Of a stretch of DNA of 64,000 nt, positions 1-12,711 are shown piece after piece. Source of the DNA: the human T2T-CHM13v2.0 reference genome, Homo sapiens. A program made the translations under genes and the position numbers. The notes under the pieces are model-generated. The model searched no databases and was not told the origin of the DNA. It worked only from the letters and a program-made list of their open reading frames with translations. How positions within the stretch are numbered: the first letter of the stretch is position 1; each line of letters starts with the position of its first letter. The stretch is taken from assembly GCF_009914755.1 (NCBI RefSeq), contig NC_060937.1; one strand, written 5' to 3'.

Positions 1-1410
1 TTTTCTTAGATTATGATTTTAAATATTAGTTCTGTTTCATAGCTTTGTTCTTATTTCTCAGGGATACTGATTAAAAGAATGGGATTCTTTCTTTGGATGT
101 CTTCTATTTGTATTTCTTTCTCCCTAAACCTTTTAATTTTTTTTTTCTTTATCGTATTCTTATCCTCTAGGTGGTTTGCCCACATTTTTCAATGATCATT
201 TGTAAATTATATTTTGAATATGTTATCTCCTGAGCACCTTGCAATTTAATAATTTCTGAGACTTTTTTTCTTTTTGTCCATTTCTGAGTTCAATAAACTT
301 TTTCATTTCTTCCTTTTTTTGTCAGTCCTGCTTTCTTTTAATATTGCATGTCTAATTCAAGGTAGTTTTTATATTCCTAAATGCTTGGCTGAGTGTATTT
401 AATGTAGTTTGCATTGTAGCCTTACAGTTTTCTGCTGCTTCATAAGTGTTTATTTTGTTGATATAATTTTCTGATTAGTTATAATAAAACTGTATAGATT
501 CACTGATGTATTTTTCTGTTCATATTTGCATTATTGGTATGGTTCATAAAATTTGTCATTCGATATAATCTTGTCAGTGTAGCAAAATTCTGATTCTTAG
601 GTTTTTTGAGGGGAGGGTGGGTAGATAAGGGTATAAAATTTCCAGTTTTTGGTTCTCTTTTGTTTCTCAGGGCCACACAGTTCTACTTTTTGCTTCTTTT
701 ACCTTTAATCTTTTGTGGAAGGGTAGCTCATGCTTCTTTTTTTTGTTGTTTTTTCTCCCCTAAGATATGGATTATGAAGATGACCACTTTAAATGGCCTT
801 GTCTTAATTCCACTACTTGTAAACTGTTGTATGATCTCTCAGAACATGCTTCTAGGATTTTCATAGTGGTGTTGGTTTATGCTTTTGGATCTATTTTACA
901 TCCATTGCTGGCCTCCTCTTCTTTCTTCCCCACCATTCTTCTAGGCCTATGCATGCTTGCACAGTGGACCAGAGCAGGAGAGACTGCTCACTTGTCCTCA
1001 AGTTCCATTGAGGGGATAGGTTTGTGTTGTTGTTTTTTTTTTTTTTTTTCTTTTTCTTTTTCTTATTTTTTATTTGCGATTTTGGGTGGGGGTTGGGGGG
1101 CCAACTGCCATTTTCTTCATATATATCTATCTAGTCATAATTTTTAAAATTTTTAGGTTTTCTTTATTTTTACTTACACATAAAATATTTATATTTGCTA
1201 AATGAAAATTATAATTACCTCTAATTCAACCATTCAGACAAATAAAATAATATGGAAGAAACTCAGTTCCAACTTTCTATATAACAGAAAAGAAAAAAAC
1301 AAGACTTACTGTGCACTCACTCTTTATGACAGACTTTTAACATTTAATATATTTCGAAGCATTTCTTCTTAAACATAAATAAAATAATTTCTATAGCAAC
1401 GTATTAGTAA

Positions 1411-1715
1411 TTTTTTTTTTTTTTTTTTTTTTTTTGAGACGGAGTCTTGCTCTGTTGCTTAGGCTGGAAGGCAGTGGCGCCATCTTGGCTCACTGCAACT
1501 TCTGCCTCCTGGGTTTGAGTGAGTCTCCTGCTCAGCCTCCTGAGTAGCTGAGACTACAGTTGCACGCCACCATACCCGGCTAACTTTTGTATTTTTAGTA
1601 GAGACAGGGTTTCACTATGTTGGCCAGGCTGGTCTAGAACTGCTGACCTCAAGTGATCTGCCCACCTAGACCTCCCAAAGTGCTGGGATTAGAGGGGTGA
1701 GCCAGTGTGCAGGGC
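1411..1715 (-). mobile_element. Alu (AluS-type), full length
   Basis: Poly(T) followed by GAGACGGAGTCTTGCTCTGTTGC...CCCAAAGTGCTGGGATT; flanked by degenerate TSD c[g/a]tattagtaa. Confidence 0.95.
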
Positions 1716-1749
1716 CCATATTAGTAAGTTCTAATTTTTTAATTAATTT

Positions 1750-2330
1750 CTATTTCTGATTGGTTTTGTTTTTCATTCTCATAAACAACACTATATAAAG
1801 AACAACCTAAGGACAAATCATAAGATTCATCATTACTTGTTAATAGTACTTATTACACACTATCAAATTGTCTTCTGACAGGTTGATATAATTTATGCTT
1901 CAATAAGTGTTAGGGAAAAATGACCATTTATTTTTCTGAAATTCTGTTGGCACTAATTATTATATATTTTTAATTTTATAGATTTGATAGACACATATTT
2001 TGTGTATTGTGTAATTGTATTTCTTGGATAATTGGCTGTGACCATTGGATTCATATAGTTATTTGGGTCTTGTGGTGTGTGTATATGTGTGTGTGTGCAT
2101 GCGTGTGTGACAAATGTTCTTATGATTCAATTTCCATTGATATACTTTTCTTGATGTTTTGAAATGTTTACATATTGATAATTTTTTGATATTTCTCATA
2201 CGTATATTTTCTTCAGTTTGCTTAATACTTTTTAAACTGTTGATCATGATTATTTTTGCCAGATAGTTTTTAAATAGTAAAATTTATCAAATTCAAGTCT
2301 TTATTGTATTGGGTTTACATATATACTAAG
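1750..2330 (-). mobile_element. Old L1 (L1M-type) fragment
   Basis: T-rich sequence with degenerate antisense L1 3' motifs (aaattgtcttctgacaggttgatataatttatgc); boundaries approximate. Confidence 0.4.
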
Positions 2331-2675
2331 TTTCTTAAAGCAACACAAGTTATGAACTACCCGAAAAAAAAGCTCTCTTCCCTCAAAATTTTAATAGCAA
2401 CAGAAGCCGTCTATAAAATGTTGGTTATAATTATGGTTTTAATCAAAATTAAAGAGTGCTGTGATCTAAATACTCTGTATTTCTCCAAATAAAGACAAAA
2501 AAAGAAGAAAAACGATGGAATCATTATCAGTCCTGTGTTCTACAATATCTCTTCATTTTTTTTCTGTTTTGTCTGTTTCAAATGCTTCATTAGAAATTTC
2601 TTCTAAAATAAAGAAAATAAGCCCACACACACATATATTACACTATATAATATTATAAAAGTAATGAATTTTTTC

Positions 2676-3049
2676 ACGAGGTAAAATCAGGTTTAAAATA
2701 TAAGGCATTATAAAACTAGAAATACTGTTTTAAAAAGCAGTATTTTAAAAAGATTTTTAAATAATAAAATCTTAATTTTATTATTTAAAAAAGGAAAGTT
2801 ATAAAAAGCAGTATTTTAAAAAGATTTTTAAATAATAAAATCTTAATCTTATTATTTAAAAAGATTTTTAAATAATAAAATCTTAATTTTATTATTTAAA
2901 AAGATTTTTAAATAATAAAATCTTAATTTTATTATTTAAAAAAGGAAAGTTATAGTGTAAGCAGTCTGTCAAAAATTCAAGTAATTTTGTCAATAGAAAA
3001 CATGTGTCCTGCTATTTTAAGAGACACAGGTATATGAATCATGCCCATG

Positions 3050-3050
<1 letters not shown>
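2676..3050 (+). repeat. Local direct duplication, copy A (derived and internally expanded)
   Basis: Aligns to 3785-3997; the first 64 bp differ at only 2 positions. Confidence 0.92.
2731..2953. repeat. Palindromic AT-rich tandem repeat (40-bp unit x4, nested in a 71-bp duplication)
   Basis: aagatttttaaataataaaatcttaattttattatttaaa at 2750, 2821 (one substitution), 2861 and 2901; 17-bp inverted arms around a CTTA loop. Confidence 0.9.

Positions 3051-3054
<4 letters not shown>

Positions 3055-3102
<48 letters not shown>
3055..3102. repeat. (TA)n microsatellite
   Basis: Perfect TA run. Confidence 0.97.
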
Positions 3103-3109
<7 letters not shown>

Positions 3110-3784
3110 TGCCTGTGTGTATCTAATTCACATATGAGATAATCAAAGACAGAAGTTCAGAGACAGAAGAGTGAGATGACACATAAGAGTCAATGGCCAC
3201 TTCTTAGATCATCTTCAGAAACACTCCAAATATAATTACCTTCGTCTTCATTAAACATTAAAAATAATAAACATTGCCTTGTTTTCTTGTTCCTGCATGA
3301 TATCAGTTTACACTTTAAAAGGCATTGCAAGAAATTATGAATGAAAAGATAACACAGTGGCTTTCAACTGCCTCAGTAAACCATGCACACTGCCAACATT
3401 TTTGTCACCCATAATTCTCCCATAAACATGGGCCTCTCCTTTCATTATGCAGGCTGTCATGCTTTATTGAACCACATCATTTCACCTAATTAAAATAAGC
3501 AGTATGTTGTTTCCTCCCCCACTCTTTTTTTCTTTAGCTGGACAAATGCCAGTAATTATATTTAGAGTATCCTAAGTGGACACCACATTAAATATTCATT
3601 TTGGTGCTCCTCTGCACAATCAAACATCTCTCCTGCTGCTCTTTTAAATGTCAATATTCATTTTATTTATAAGATCTAAAAAAAAGTGCACTTTTAAAAG
3701 TAAAAATGTGTAAGGTTCATTGAGTTGTTTGTTATGCCAGCAAAGTAGGTTTGTTAGCTTCCATAAAGTTTGTAGGGTAACTTA

Positions 3785-3997
3785 ACGAAGTAAAATCAGG
3801 TTTAAAATGTAAGGCATTATAAAACTAGAAATACTGTTTTAAAAAGCATTCTCTTTCTTTGAACCACTGAATCTCAATTTTATTATTAAAAAATGAAAGT
3901 CATAGTGGAAGCAATTTCTCATAAATTCAAGTAATTTTGTCAATAGAAAACATGTGTCCTGCTGTTTTAAGCACAGGTATATGAATCACGCCTGTGT
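3785..3997 (+). repeat. Local direct duplication, copy B (apparently ancestral)
   Basis: Matches 2676-3050 but lacks the palindromic expansion. Confidence 0.92.
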
Positions 3998-5726
3998 AAG
4001 CAAGTAGTTGCTAAATTGTTTAATTTTTTTTTAAGCTAATAAAAGTTTGTTTTAGGCAGCCAGTCTTATAGGAAAACATTTTATTCTCTCTTTGTTTCTT
4101 CCTTATAATAAAAGTGATGGGTCTTTAACCTTATCACTTTCTGTGCTCGAATCATATTGCAACTACTCACCATCATTTTGGAAAGAAATTCTAGTATAAT
4201 TCAGCCGAGGTGGTAGTGGATACACAGCTGAAATCCTGCATAACTGCAGCTCATCCTGCAAAGATACTTTCTAAGAAATTTCTACAAAATAAGGGCGAGC
4301 TTCCCTTTGTGCTTGAAATCAATGTAATTTTCTGTGAGAGAGGAAACGCTCCTCAACAGTATGCTCTTTGAGTTGAAAAAGGCAAAAGACGTATAGCCTA
4401 GCACCTACCAGCAATTCTGTCACCCTGACTGTAACTTCAGTTTCATCTGGTTTTGCATAAGGCCATAGCAGTTTCCTGATTCACAGGTAAACTAGCCCCA
4501 GGAAGGCACCTATGAGAATTATAGCAGCTGTAGGTTAATTTCCTATTAAAACAAGATGGTTGTGTAAACTAGGCTTAAAATTTACCACATCAACACCTTT
4601 TTATTCCATTTGTTCGCTTCTATTAACAGTTCTTACCTTGCAACTGAATTTCATTTTCAGACAGATTTAAAATCACACTGAATCCATTTGCACAGATGGA
4701 TAGGCAGACACAGAAAGCAGGCAGCTTACAAATGACAGAAGGCAAAACTGAGTCACAGCCATTACCCACAGTGAGAGACGGTGGAGCTATGGTGGCCACA
4801 GATGGGTCTCCCTTACCTGGGCCACTGCTGCCCTTTCTTTCCTTACCTCTCCATTGGAATGTTGGATTTGGGCACAAGATATTAATTTAGATTTTTTCAT
4901 ATAAGCTCTATGGTGACTGGCACAAAATATTACCTGGTACCTACCACTGTGTGTCATGGGACGTACTCACATCACTGTGTGACCTTTACGACTTGTTTGA
5001 GATAAACTGTTAGACTTAATGTGATGTAACAATCTGACCCTTTTAGTTTTTGTTCTCTCATGCCAAGTATTTCCAACTCAATGCTGCTTGGGAGTAGATG
5101 ATATTTACAAAGCCATCCTATTAATTGATGGTTTATGTTCTGCAAGTCTGTATATATTTTGCTTAATATAACCAAATAGAAGGAGACACGGCGTGGCCCA
5201 GAAGCGATTTCGGAATGTCTTGGTGAATGAACTGAGTCCATAAAGAAGGTGCCAGATTTTACAACAGAAGATTAATCCACCCTCATTGCCCCTCACCTTT
5301 TCATTTTTTTTGCACGAGGTAACATGCCTACTGTTTTCACACCATTATGTGAAGCAGATATTAATGGCTGTTTTGAATTATCCCCAAAGTCTTGGCTACT
5401 CAGACATTTTCTGTTGTGTCTACTCCTGAAACTGCCAATGGCATGATGCTGAGATTAATTATTCCCTGCTTCATCTGTTCCATAAAATAGCAAGAAACAT
5501 GTTTTGTAAGTGACAAAAATTATTTGAATTTATGACAAGTTGCTTACACTATAACTCTTATTTTTTCTAATGATGGTAAGAATTTCCGATTGTTCAAGGG
5601 GAGATACTGCCTTTTTAAACATGTAATTTTAGTTTTTCTTTGCATTCTATTTTAAACCTGATGTCATATAGTTTTACTTTTATAATTGTTTCACCATACT
5701 GATCAGAGCAGGGTTGAGAGAGTGAG

Positions 5727-5815
5727 AAAATTAGTCAGGTTGTGAAATTTAGCATAATATAAATACAAGATGCCTAGGAATAACACATAAACTGAAAATT
5801 TCAAACAAAAATGTA
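5727..5815. mobile_element. hAT MITE fragment (MER53-like)
   Basis: caggttgtgaaatttagcataatataaatacaagatgcctag resembles the MER53 terminus. Confidence 0.35.
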
Positions 5816-6343
5816 TTTAATACAATTCTGCTTTATCAAGGGTACAATTTTATAATTCAATTCCGATGTTAACTGAAATGGATTTTCCAAGAGAGCAGCA
5901 AATAGGCTCATGCAATGATTAGAGTTATTTAAGAACAGTTTGTCAGAAGCATCTTTTGGGGGTTAACATCAAAACAGTACCTGGGGATATCCTGTCTTGT
6001 ACATATGAAACTTAGGCCAAAACTTCCATGCATAGGAAAAGTAGAAATTACTTTCTAGGCAGTCTAATGCTAAGGAAAAGAGGGTTATAGTATTTCATAA
6101 ATTACTATGGGCTACTTACTATTTTGGTGTGAAAAGCAGAGATCATTTTATCAGTATTTTCTTTATATAAACATAATTAGATTTTGCTGTCTACCTCAAA
6201 TAACTGAGCTGTGTTGTAGCACCAGGGTCAAATATAACAAAGGCATGATTTTCTTTTTTGAGAAAGATGCAGGCCCTTGATGGAAGTTATGTAAACAATG
6301 ACTGGCTTAAAACACAGTGTGTTATTGAAGGAAGGGAAGAAAG

Positions 6344-6805
6344 TGTACTAGTTTCCTATCGCTACTATAATAGCATTATTGCCTTACATTTCTAGAGGTC
6401 AAAAGTCTGAAATTGGTCACAACTGGCGAAAATCAAGGTGTTGGCAAGGCTGTGCTTCTTTTGGACGCTATAGGGGAGAATCTGTTTCCTTTCCTTTCCC
6501 AGCTTTTAGAGGCTGCTAACGTTCCTTACCTGCTAGCCCCTTTGTTTTCCATTTCAAAGCCAGATATATCAGGTTAAATCCTTCTCAAGCTACTGGCTGT
6601 CTTGCTTTTCTCCCTCCCCTGCCTATCTCTCCTGCATTAAAGGATGCTTCGGGTTACGCTGAGCTCACCTGGATAATTCAACATACCCTTCTTATATTAA
6701 GGCACCTGATTAGAAACCAATTTCATCTGCACCCTGAATTCCTCTTTGCCATGGAATGCAGTTAATTCCTATTTCCAAGGGATTAGGATTCTCCTGCCTA
6801 CCACA
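6344..6805 (-). mobile_element. MaLR solo LTR (MLT1C/D-like)
   Basis: Termini tgtactagtttcct...ctgcctaccaca; internal aaatcaaggtgttggcaaggctgtgc and ggggagaatctgtttcc. Confidence 0.8.
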
Positions 6806-6869
6806 GTGGGTGAGCTAGGCGGGCCTCTGTAGTGGTACTCTGTCCTTTCCAGGCATCAATGAGGTGCCC

Positions 6870-7210
6870 AGGAAAGATATTCTCCGGTTCTCAGCCTTGA
6901 GCTCAGGAGTTTTACTGGTGAGCATGAGAGAAAACACTCTCTATGGAGGGTGAGGGAAGCAGGATTGGGGTGAAGATGATGTCAAACTTCAGTGTAGTTG
7001 GAACCAAGGACTCAGTGAATTATAAGAGGAGCTTTGGACCTGAGAGGCCCTTCGGAGTTGGCCCAATGGAGGTAAGGGGCCCAGGGCTCTCCCTACCTAA
7101 CCCAGTCCTCCCTTCAAGGGCCAGTCTTTGAAGGCAGATTGCCCAGGGATAGGTAAATAAGCATTTTTGTTTCTCTAAGAGTAATCCCTGAACAGAGTCT
7201 CTGCTGTGAG
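6870..7210 (-). mobile_element. Old ERVL-class LTR fragment (LTR33-like)
   Basis: gagctttggacctgagaggcccttcggagttggccc resembles the LTR33-family core; boundaries approximate. Confidence 0.4.
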
Positions 7211-7747
7211 TCCATCAATTACTTGCATATATTTTCCTAATCTATTTTAAAGTCCATGGAATATTCTTTCCTATTTACTGTCAGTTTAGCTTTTACATAC
7301 TACTATAGTTCAATAAATTAATCTTGCGTTTGTAAAGTTTTCCTTAAAGGTTTCTTTTTTTCTGAAATTAACTGCTTTTGTTTTCTCCTTTTACCTATCT
7401 CATTAACATTATAACTGTATCTATCCCCTCAAGAATATTGAGCTTCAGGTGCTAGTTATGGAGTAGGGACAGATGGGATACAGAAAAGCACAAATATAAG
7501 CAAAGAAATATATATAACACCATGGAGACAAAGGAAAAGCCTATAGAAAATATAAAGAGTGACGACATTATGCAAGTGTTGAGAAGAAAGAAGTGATTTC
7601 TTCCCAGCTCAGCTGGCGTTTCTTGAGGAGTAGGGGCAAAGCTCTTTTGTGTTGCTATCTCCCTTAACAGGTCGCTCTGAGAAATGTTCTCAAGAGGTTA
7701 CCTCAAATGACACCTGTTGTATTAGTGTTCTATACTTCGTGTAACAC

Positions 7748-8345
7748 AAGGAAAACAGTCTGATGGTTTCTCAAATAATTAAACATAAAATTTCCTTATG
7801 TCCCAATGACTCCACTCATGGGAATATACCAAGAGAAATGGAGACAGATGCCATAAAGAAGCTGGCATAGGAATGTTTATTGCAGCATTCCTCATTGTGG
7901 CCAAAACATGAAAATAACTCCAATGACCTTCAATAGATTAATGAATAAACACTCTTGGTATATACAGACAGCTGAATGTTATTTGGCCATAAAAAGGAAT
8001 GAAGTTCTGGTAGATGCTACAACATGGATGAACCTTGAAAACATCAGGCTAAGTCAAAGAAGCCAGTCACAAAACACATATGCTGTGATTTCATCGATAT
8101 GGAAGTTCAAAGAGACAGACAGCAGAGCCTTGGTCTCTTAGGGCTGGAAGAGGGAAGAGGGGTAAAAGGGTGATAGGCAAAGTGTACAGTGTTTCTTCTT
8201 GAGATGATAATGATGTTCTAAAACTGACTGTGATGATGACTGTGCAGATCCATGAATATGTTAAAAGTCATTGAATTATACACTTAAAATGAATAAATTA
8301 TATTTTAAACAAATTATATAGCAATAAAGTTATTAAAATTTTAAA
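7748..8345 (+). mobile_element. L1 3' end (L1MB-like)
   Basis: ggaaaacagtctgatggtttctc, ataaaaaggaatgaagttctg, acatggatgaaccttgaaaacatc and a terminal aataaa. Confidence 0.85.
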
Positions 8346-9085
8346 AATTCAATTCATAACTTATTTATATAGACATAGAAAAATTATTGACAGGTTTGAG
8401 ATCAAAATGGGGGATCTAACCATGAGATATCTCAGAACAACAAGGTAACTATGGATTTCTACCCCACACCTTTTTTGTGCTTCTTTTATTTTCCAAATGT
8501 TCTACAACGTACATATCTTACCTTCTTAATCAGAACAAAGACTTTTTTTCTCTCATTTTTAAAGCATTTTAGTAATGATGTCTCATGTAAATTGTTAATA
8601 TTTTGCATAAAATAAAGCTTAGTACTGATTGGAAAGAAAGGACTTGTGCCTTTGGGAGCACATGGTAGAGAAAAATGAAGGTTATGCTGCTGAAGCTGAG
8701 TACAGCATATGCTGTATGAGGGGTGTGCATTTCTGGAGAAAAAATACATTATCTAGAGATATAACCTCTGGCAGGTTATGTGTTTTTCCACTGTATCTAC
8801 AAAAAGCCCCAATCTAGATCTTGTATTCTAGCATTGATTTAATATCATACACATAAATTGCCCATTATGTAAAAGTATAGAGAATTATATGTAAGAAATA
8901 AGTACGCTGGTGGATTTGCTTTGTCTCTTCACAGTAAATGTGGCTAAATGAAATATAACCACTCTGTGAGTACTTATATTACACATTCTATGATATTTCA
9001 GAAAGCAATTCGAGGACTGTTTAAAAAAAAGTTACTTTTTTTTCCTGATTCTTATAACTGAAACCTGAAAACAAACATGAATACA

Positions 9086-9165
9086 TTGGGTTGAATTGTA
9101 TGAAATTGACATTTTTATCTGTTAAAATCAGAAAAATATTTGCAACTTCATATGGTTCATCTATA
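9086..9165. mobile_element. MADE2 mariner-derived MITE
   Basis: About 80 bp with degenerate TIRs ggttgaattgtatgaaattg / caacttcatatggttcatct. Confidence 0.7.
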
Positions 9166-9684
9166 TGTAAATATCATTAATGTGTAATTTCCCTGAAAGA
9201 AATATTGTAGTTTTAGATCCTGTCATTTTGTTACCATTATTATATGGAACTGTGATCTTTTAATTATTCACCCATTTTCATAGACATTTTTCTTCTTTGC
9301 CTTTCTTTGATAGTTACTTTTATGTATAAAATATCATAATAATTTTGATATATTCTTTCTGTTGCATGAATTAATCCTACAAAAGCTAATTAGTTTTTTT
9401 AATATGGAAATACCTAAAATTAATTTTAGCTTCTACTACTCTAGCTATGACCTCATTCCAATGTGCAAGGAATGAAAAGATATAATTTTCAATATGACTC
9501 TTGGCTATTTTGAAACTGATTTCACTTAAATCAAATAATTGTTGTACATCACCTGCATACTACTACCATAAAGGATACAAAGATAATGAAGACTTATTAC
9601 CTGTACTTATTAATACAGCAGAGAATTAGACATACACAATAAAGTTCATAAAGTGCATGTGGACAATACATGTATAAAATACAA

Positions 9685-9929
9685 CCCAGGCTGGTGGAAT
9701 CCTTGAGGACAGGAGTTTGAGACCAGCCTGGCCAACATGGAGAAACCCTGTGTCTACAAAAAATACAAAAAAAATCGCCAGGCATGGTGGCATACGCCTG
9801 TAATCCCAACTTGGGAGGCTGAGGCATGAGAATCTTCTTGAACCTGGGAGGTGGAGGTTGCAGTGAGCCAAGATCACGCCATTGCACTCCAGCTTGGGTG
9901 ACACAGTGAGACCCCGTTTAAAAAAAAAA
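9685..9929 (+). mobile_element. Alu, 5'-truncated
   Basis: aggagtttgagaccagcctggccaacatgg...ccattgcactccagc followed by an A-tail. Confidence 0.93.
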
Positions 9930-10801
9930 TGCAATGCAAAGTAGCATAAAAAAGGTTCTATTAGAATTAAATTAATCTGTCATCAGTCCATTAATGATGT
10001 GAATGAAAATAAGCTGAACTTACCTTTGGGCCCCTTACCTGAATGGGATTCCTGGTAAGAAGGTAAGCAACTAGAGCAGCAATTGTTGTGATTCATTATC
10101 TTTTCCAATCAGTTTTCCCCTTTACATAATGACCTTTCATTTGGGTGATTTTGCAGTGGCCAGGGACAGTAGTAGGAGTCAGCTAAGAGGAAGTTGGGTC
10201 AGATGTACATTTAATTGCAGTTATTTGGATATGGTTATGTTGTTTGCATTTTCTTCTATGTAGTGTTAACTTACTGCTAGTCATTCTTGTGTAGAAATGT
10301 ATTCCACTGTTACACGGCACTCACAGAGGGTAGTGACACACATGTGTGGTAGAGGGATTATGTAGTATCCTGTGTTTCCTAAAGCATGGAGCCCCCCAAA
10401 AGCATGTGTGCAGTAGTGGGATAACTCCTTATCATATAGAGAGGCAGAAGCTAGTCTATGGAAAATTCTTCCCAATTGTATAGCCTCTATATAACAGAAA
10501 AGTGGTAGAAATTCTCCAAATTTGACAGTAACTGTGTAATCATTTATGCTTTTAACCATTAAATTTATAAGCTAAAGGAAATTCTAAACTATCAACCATC
10601 TGAAACATTTTGACAAATCATGCTGAGGATATTGCTAAATTACATTTCTACTCTCTATATAAAATATAATTATAAAATCATTAGTATTATAGAAATCCAA
10701 CAGGAAATTCATTAATAAAGTATTACCTAATATAACATAATTTGTAAGTTTTGTTGTTTTGACAGCTTTTTTTTTTTTAAAAAGATATTTATTTCCTCAT
10801 T

Positions 10802-11200
10802 TGATGTGATTTAGCTCTGTATCCCCACCCAAATCTCATCTTGAATTGTACTCTGATAATTCCCTGGTGGGAATTATCACCAGATAACTCCCACCAGATA
10901 ACTCCTGGTGGGAGATAACTGAATCATGGAGGCAGTTTCCTCAATACTGTCCTCATGGTAATGAACAAGTCTCATGATATCTGATGTTTTTATCAGGGGT
11001 TTCCACTTTTGTGTCTTCCTCATTCCCTCTTTGCCCATTGCCATCCATGTAAGACAGGACTTGCTCCTCCTTGCCTTCTGCCATGACTGTGAGGCTTTCC
11101 TCAGCCATGTGGAACTGTAAATCCAATTAAACCTCTTTCTTTTGTAAATTGCCCAGTCTGGGGTATGTCTCTATCAGCAGTATGAAAACAGACTAATACA
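10802..11200 (+). mobile_element. THE1 solo LTR (MaLR)
   Basis: tgat...ccccacccaaatctcatcttgaattgta...gactaataca; TSD tcatt/ccatt. Confidence 0.9.
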
Positions 11201-11220
11201 CCATTTAAATAAGTACTTAC

Positions 11221-11570
11221 TATATTAGTCCATCTTCACACTGCTGTAAAGATACTACCTGAGACTGGGTAATTTATAAAGGAAAGACTCAGAGTTCTGC
11301 AGGGCTGGGAGGCCTCAGGAAACAAAATCACGGCAGAAGATGAAGGGGAAGCTGGCATCTTCTTCACAGGACAGCAGAAGAGAGAGAGAAAAGGGGAAAT
11401 TGCCACTTTTAAACCATCAGATCTCATGAAAATTCCCTCATTATCATGAGAACAGCACGGGGTAAGCTGCCCTCATGATCCAATTACCTCCCACCAGGTC
11501 CTTCCCTATACATGTGGGGATTACAATTTGAGATGAGATTTGGGTGGGGACACAGATCCAAACCATATCA
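11221..11570 (-). mobile_element. THE1 solo LTR (THE1C/D-like)
   Basis: tatattagtcc...gagactgggtaatttataaagg...ccaaaccatatca; perfect 5-bp TSD cttac (11216-11220, 11571-11575). Confidence 0.9.
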
Positions 11571-11689
11571 CTTACAAACCCAAATTTTTACTTGTACTTT
11601 TTAATTGTTTTCTTTTCCAGGACTTCAAAAATTCTAAGAACTTTTACAAACCTAGATCTGCCTGTAGTTTTGAGGAAGTAGGGGAGGAA

Positions 11690-12500
11690 ATTATTTTATG
11701 AACTAGTGAAAGAAGGGAGGTCTTCACGAGGAGAAACAAGCAGGACATTCAAATATAGAAAAGGCAGGTAAATGCATCACTTCTTCTGAGGGCAGCTGAG
11801 CAAGGGCACACCTGTGGGAAGTCATTGCATAGTCCAAGGAAATAAGTAAAGGACAGAAGGAGGCTGTGTCTGGGTCTGGGTCCTGGGGTTAGAGCCAAAT
11901 GTTGCAGAACACAGAATATCACTGTGACCTTCAGCCCATCAGCCACGCTGAGTCATTGCGTTCTTTGAGCAGATCAGTGACTCGATATGATCTGTATGTT
12001 ATTAAGAAAAATCTGGCAGCAGTGTGAAGGATACAAAAAGCAATAGATTGTATCCAGGGAAACCACTGCAAAGCAATTGAAATTGTTCATGTAAGAGATG
12101 ATAAGCATCTGACCCCAGATGATGGCCGTAGGGACAGAGTCAGGGAAAGACCACGAGAGCCAATATGAGTTAGCAAGTCTGTAGACAGCTTCAGGGGAGC
12201 CTGGTAGGCAAAGGCCAAGTGAGAGCTAGGAGGACTTAAATATAATTTCAAGTGTATGAAGTGGGAGAATAAGGCAGAAATTGAGATAAGGATCATAAGA
12301 GAAGGTATAAAAAGCTTGAACAAGGTTATACGACAAGTAAGGAGGGTATTGGATTGAGTAGATACCTAAGACATTTAGGGATATCCAGTGTTCAGACTTG
12401 TGAACAGAGAGATCAAAAATCTTACCTGGAGTGGAGATAATTTAGAATAAAAAGAATAGGTAGCTGCAGACAGAAATTTTCAAAATTCTCACATTTAAAG
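11690..12500 (-). mobile_element. L2 fragment
   Basis: Purine-rich degenerate antisense L2 3' motifs (tttgagcagatcagtgac, ctggcagcagtgtgaagga); boundaries approximate. Confidence 0.5.
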
Positions 12501-12711
12501 GATTTGGGAGATTACAATTTTTTTAGGTGAGCGAATAATTTATATTTACATTTTACATTTGTACTTCTTGCTCTGGCTGGTTCATTAAGTAATGATTTTT
12601 AATGTACATTGGACAAAATAATAAGATAATCGTATATTCTTTAATTTGGGGTCAGTAACTAAAAATTTATAACGTAAAACATATTACCCTAGCCTTTAAT
12701 TTTAGATCGAT

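Noticed and set aside
606-1147. 126-aa and 86-aa hydrophobic ORFs
   Set aside because: T-rich low-complexity or old-LINE-like sequence with no domain or splice support
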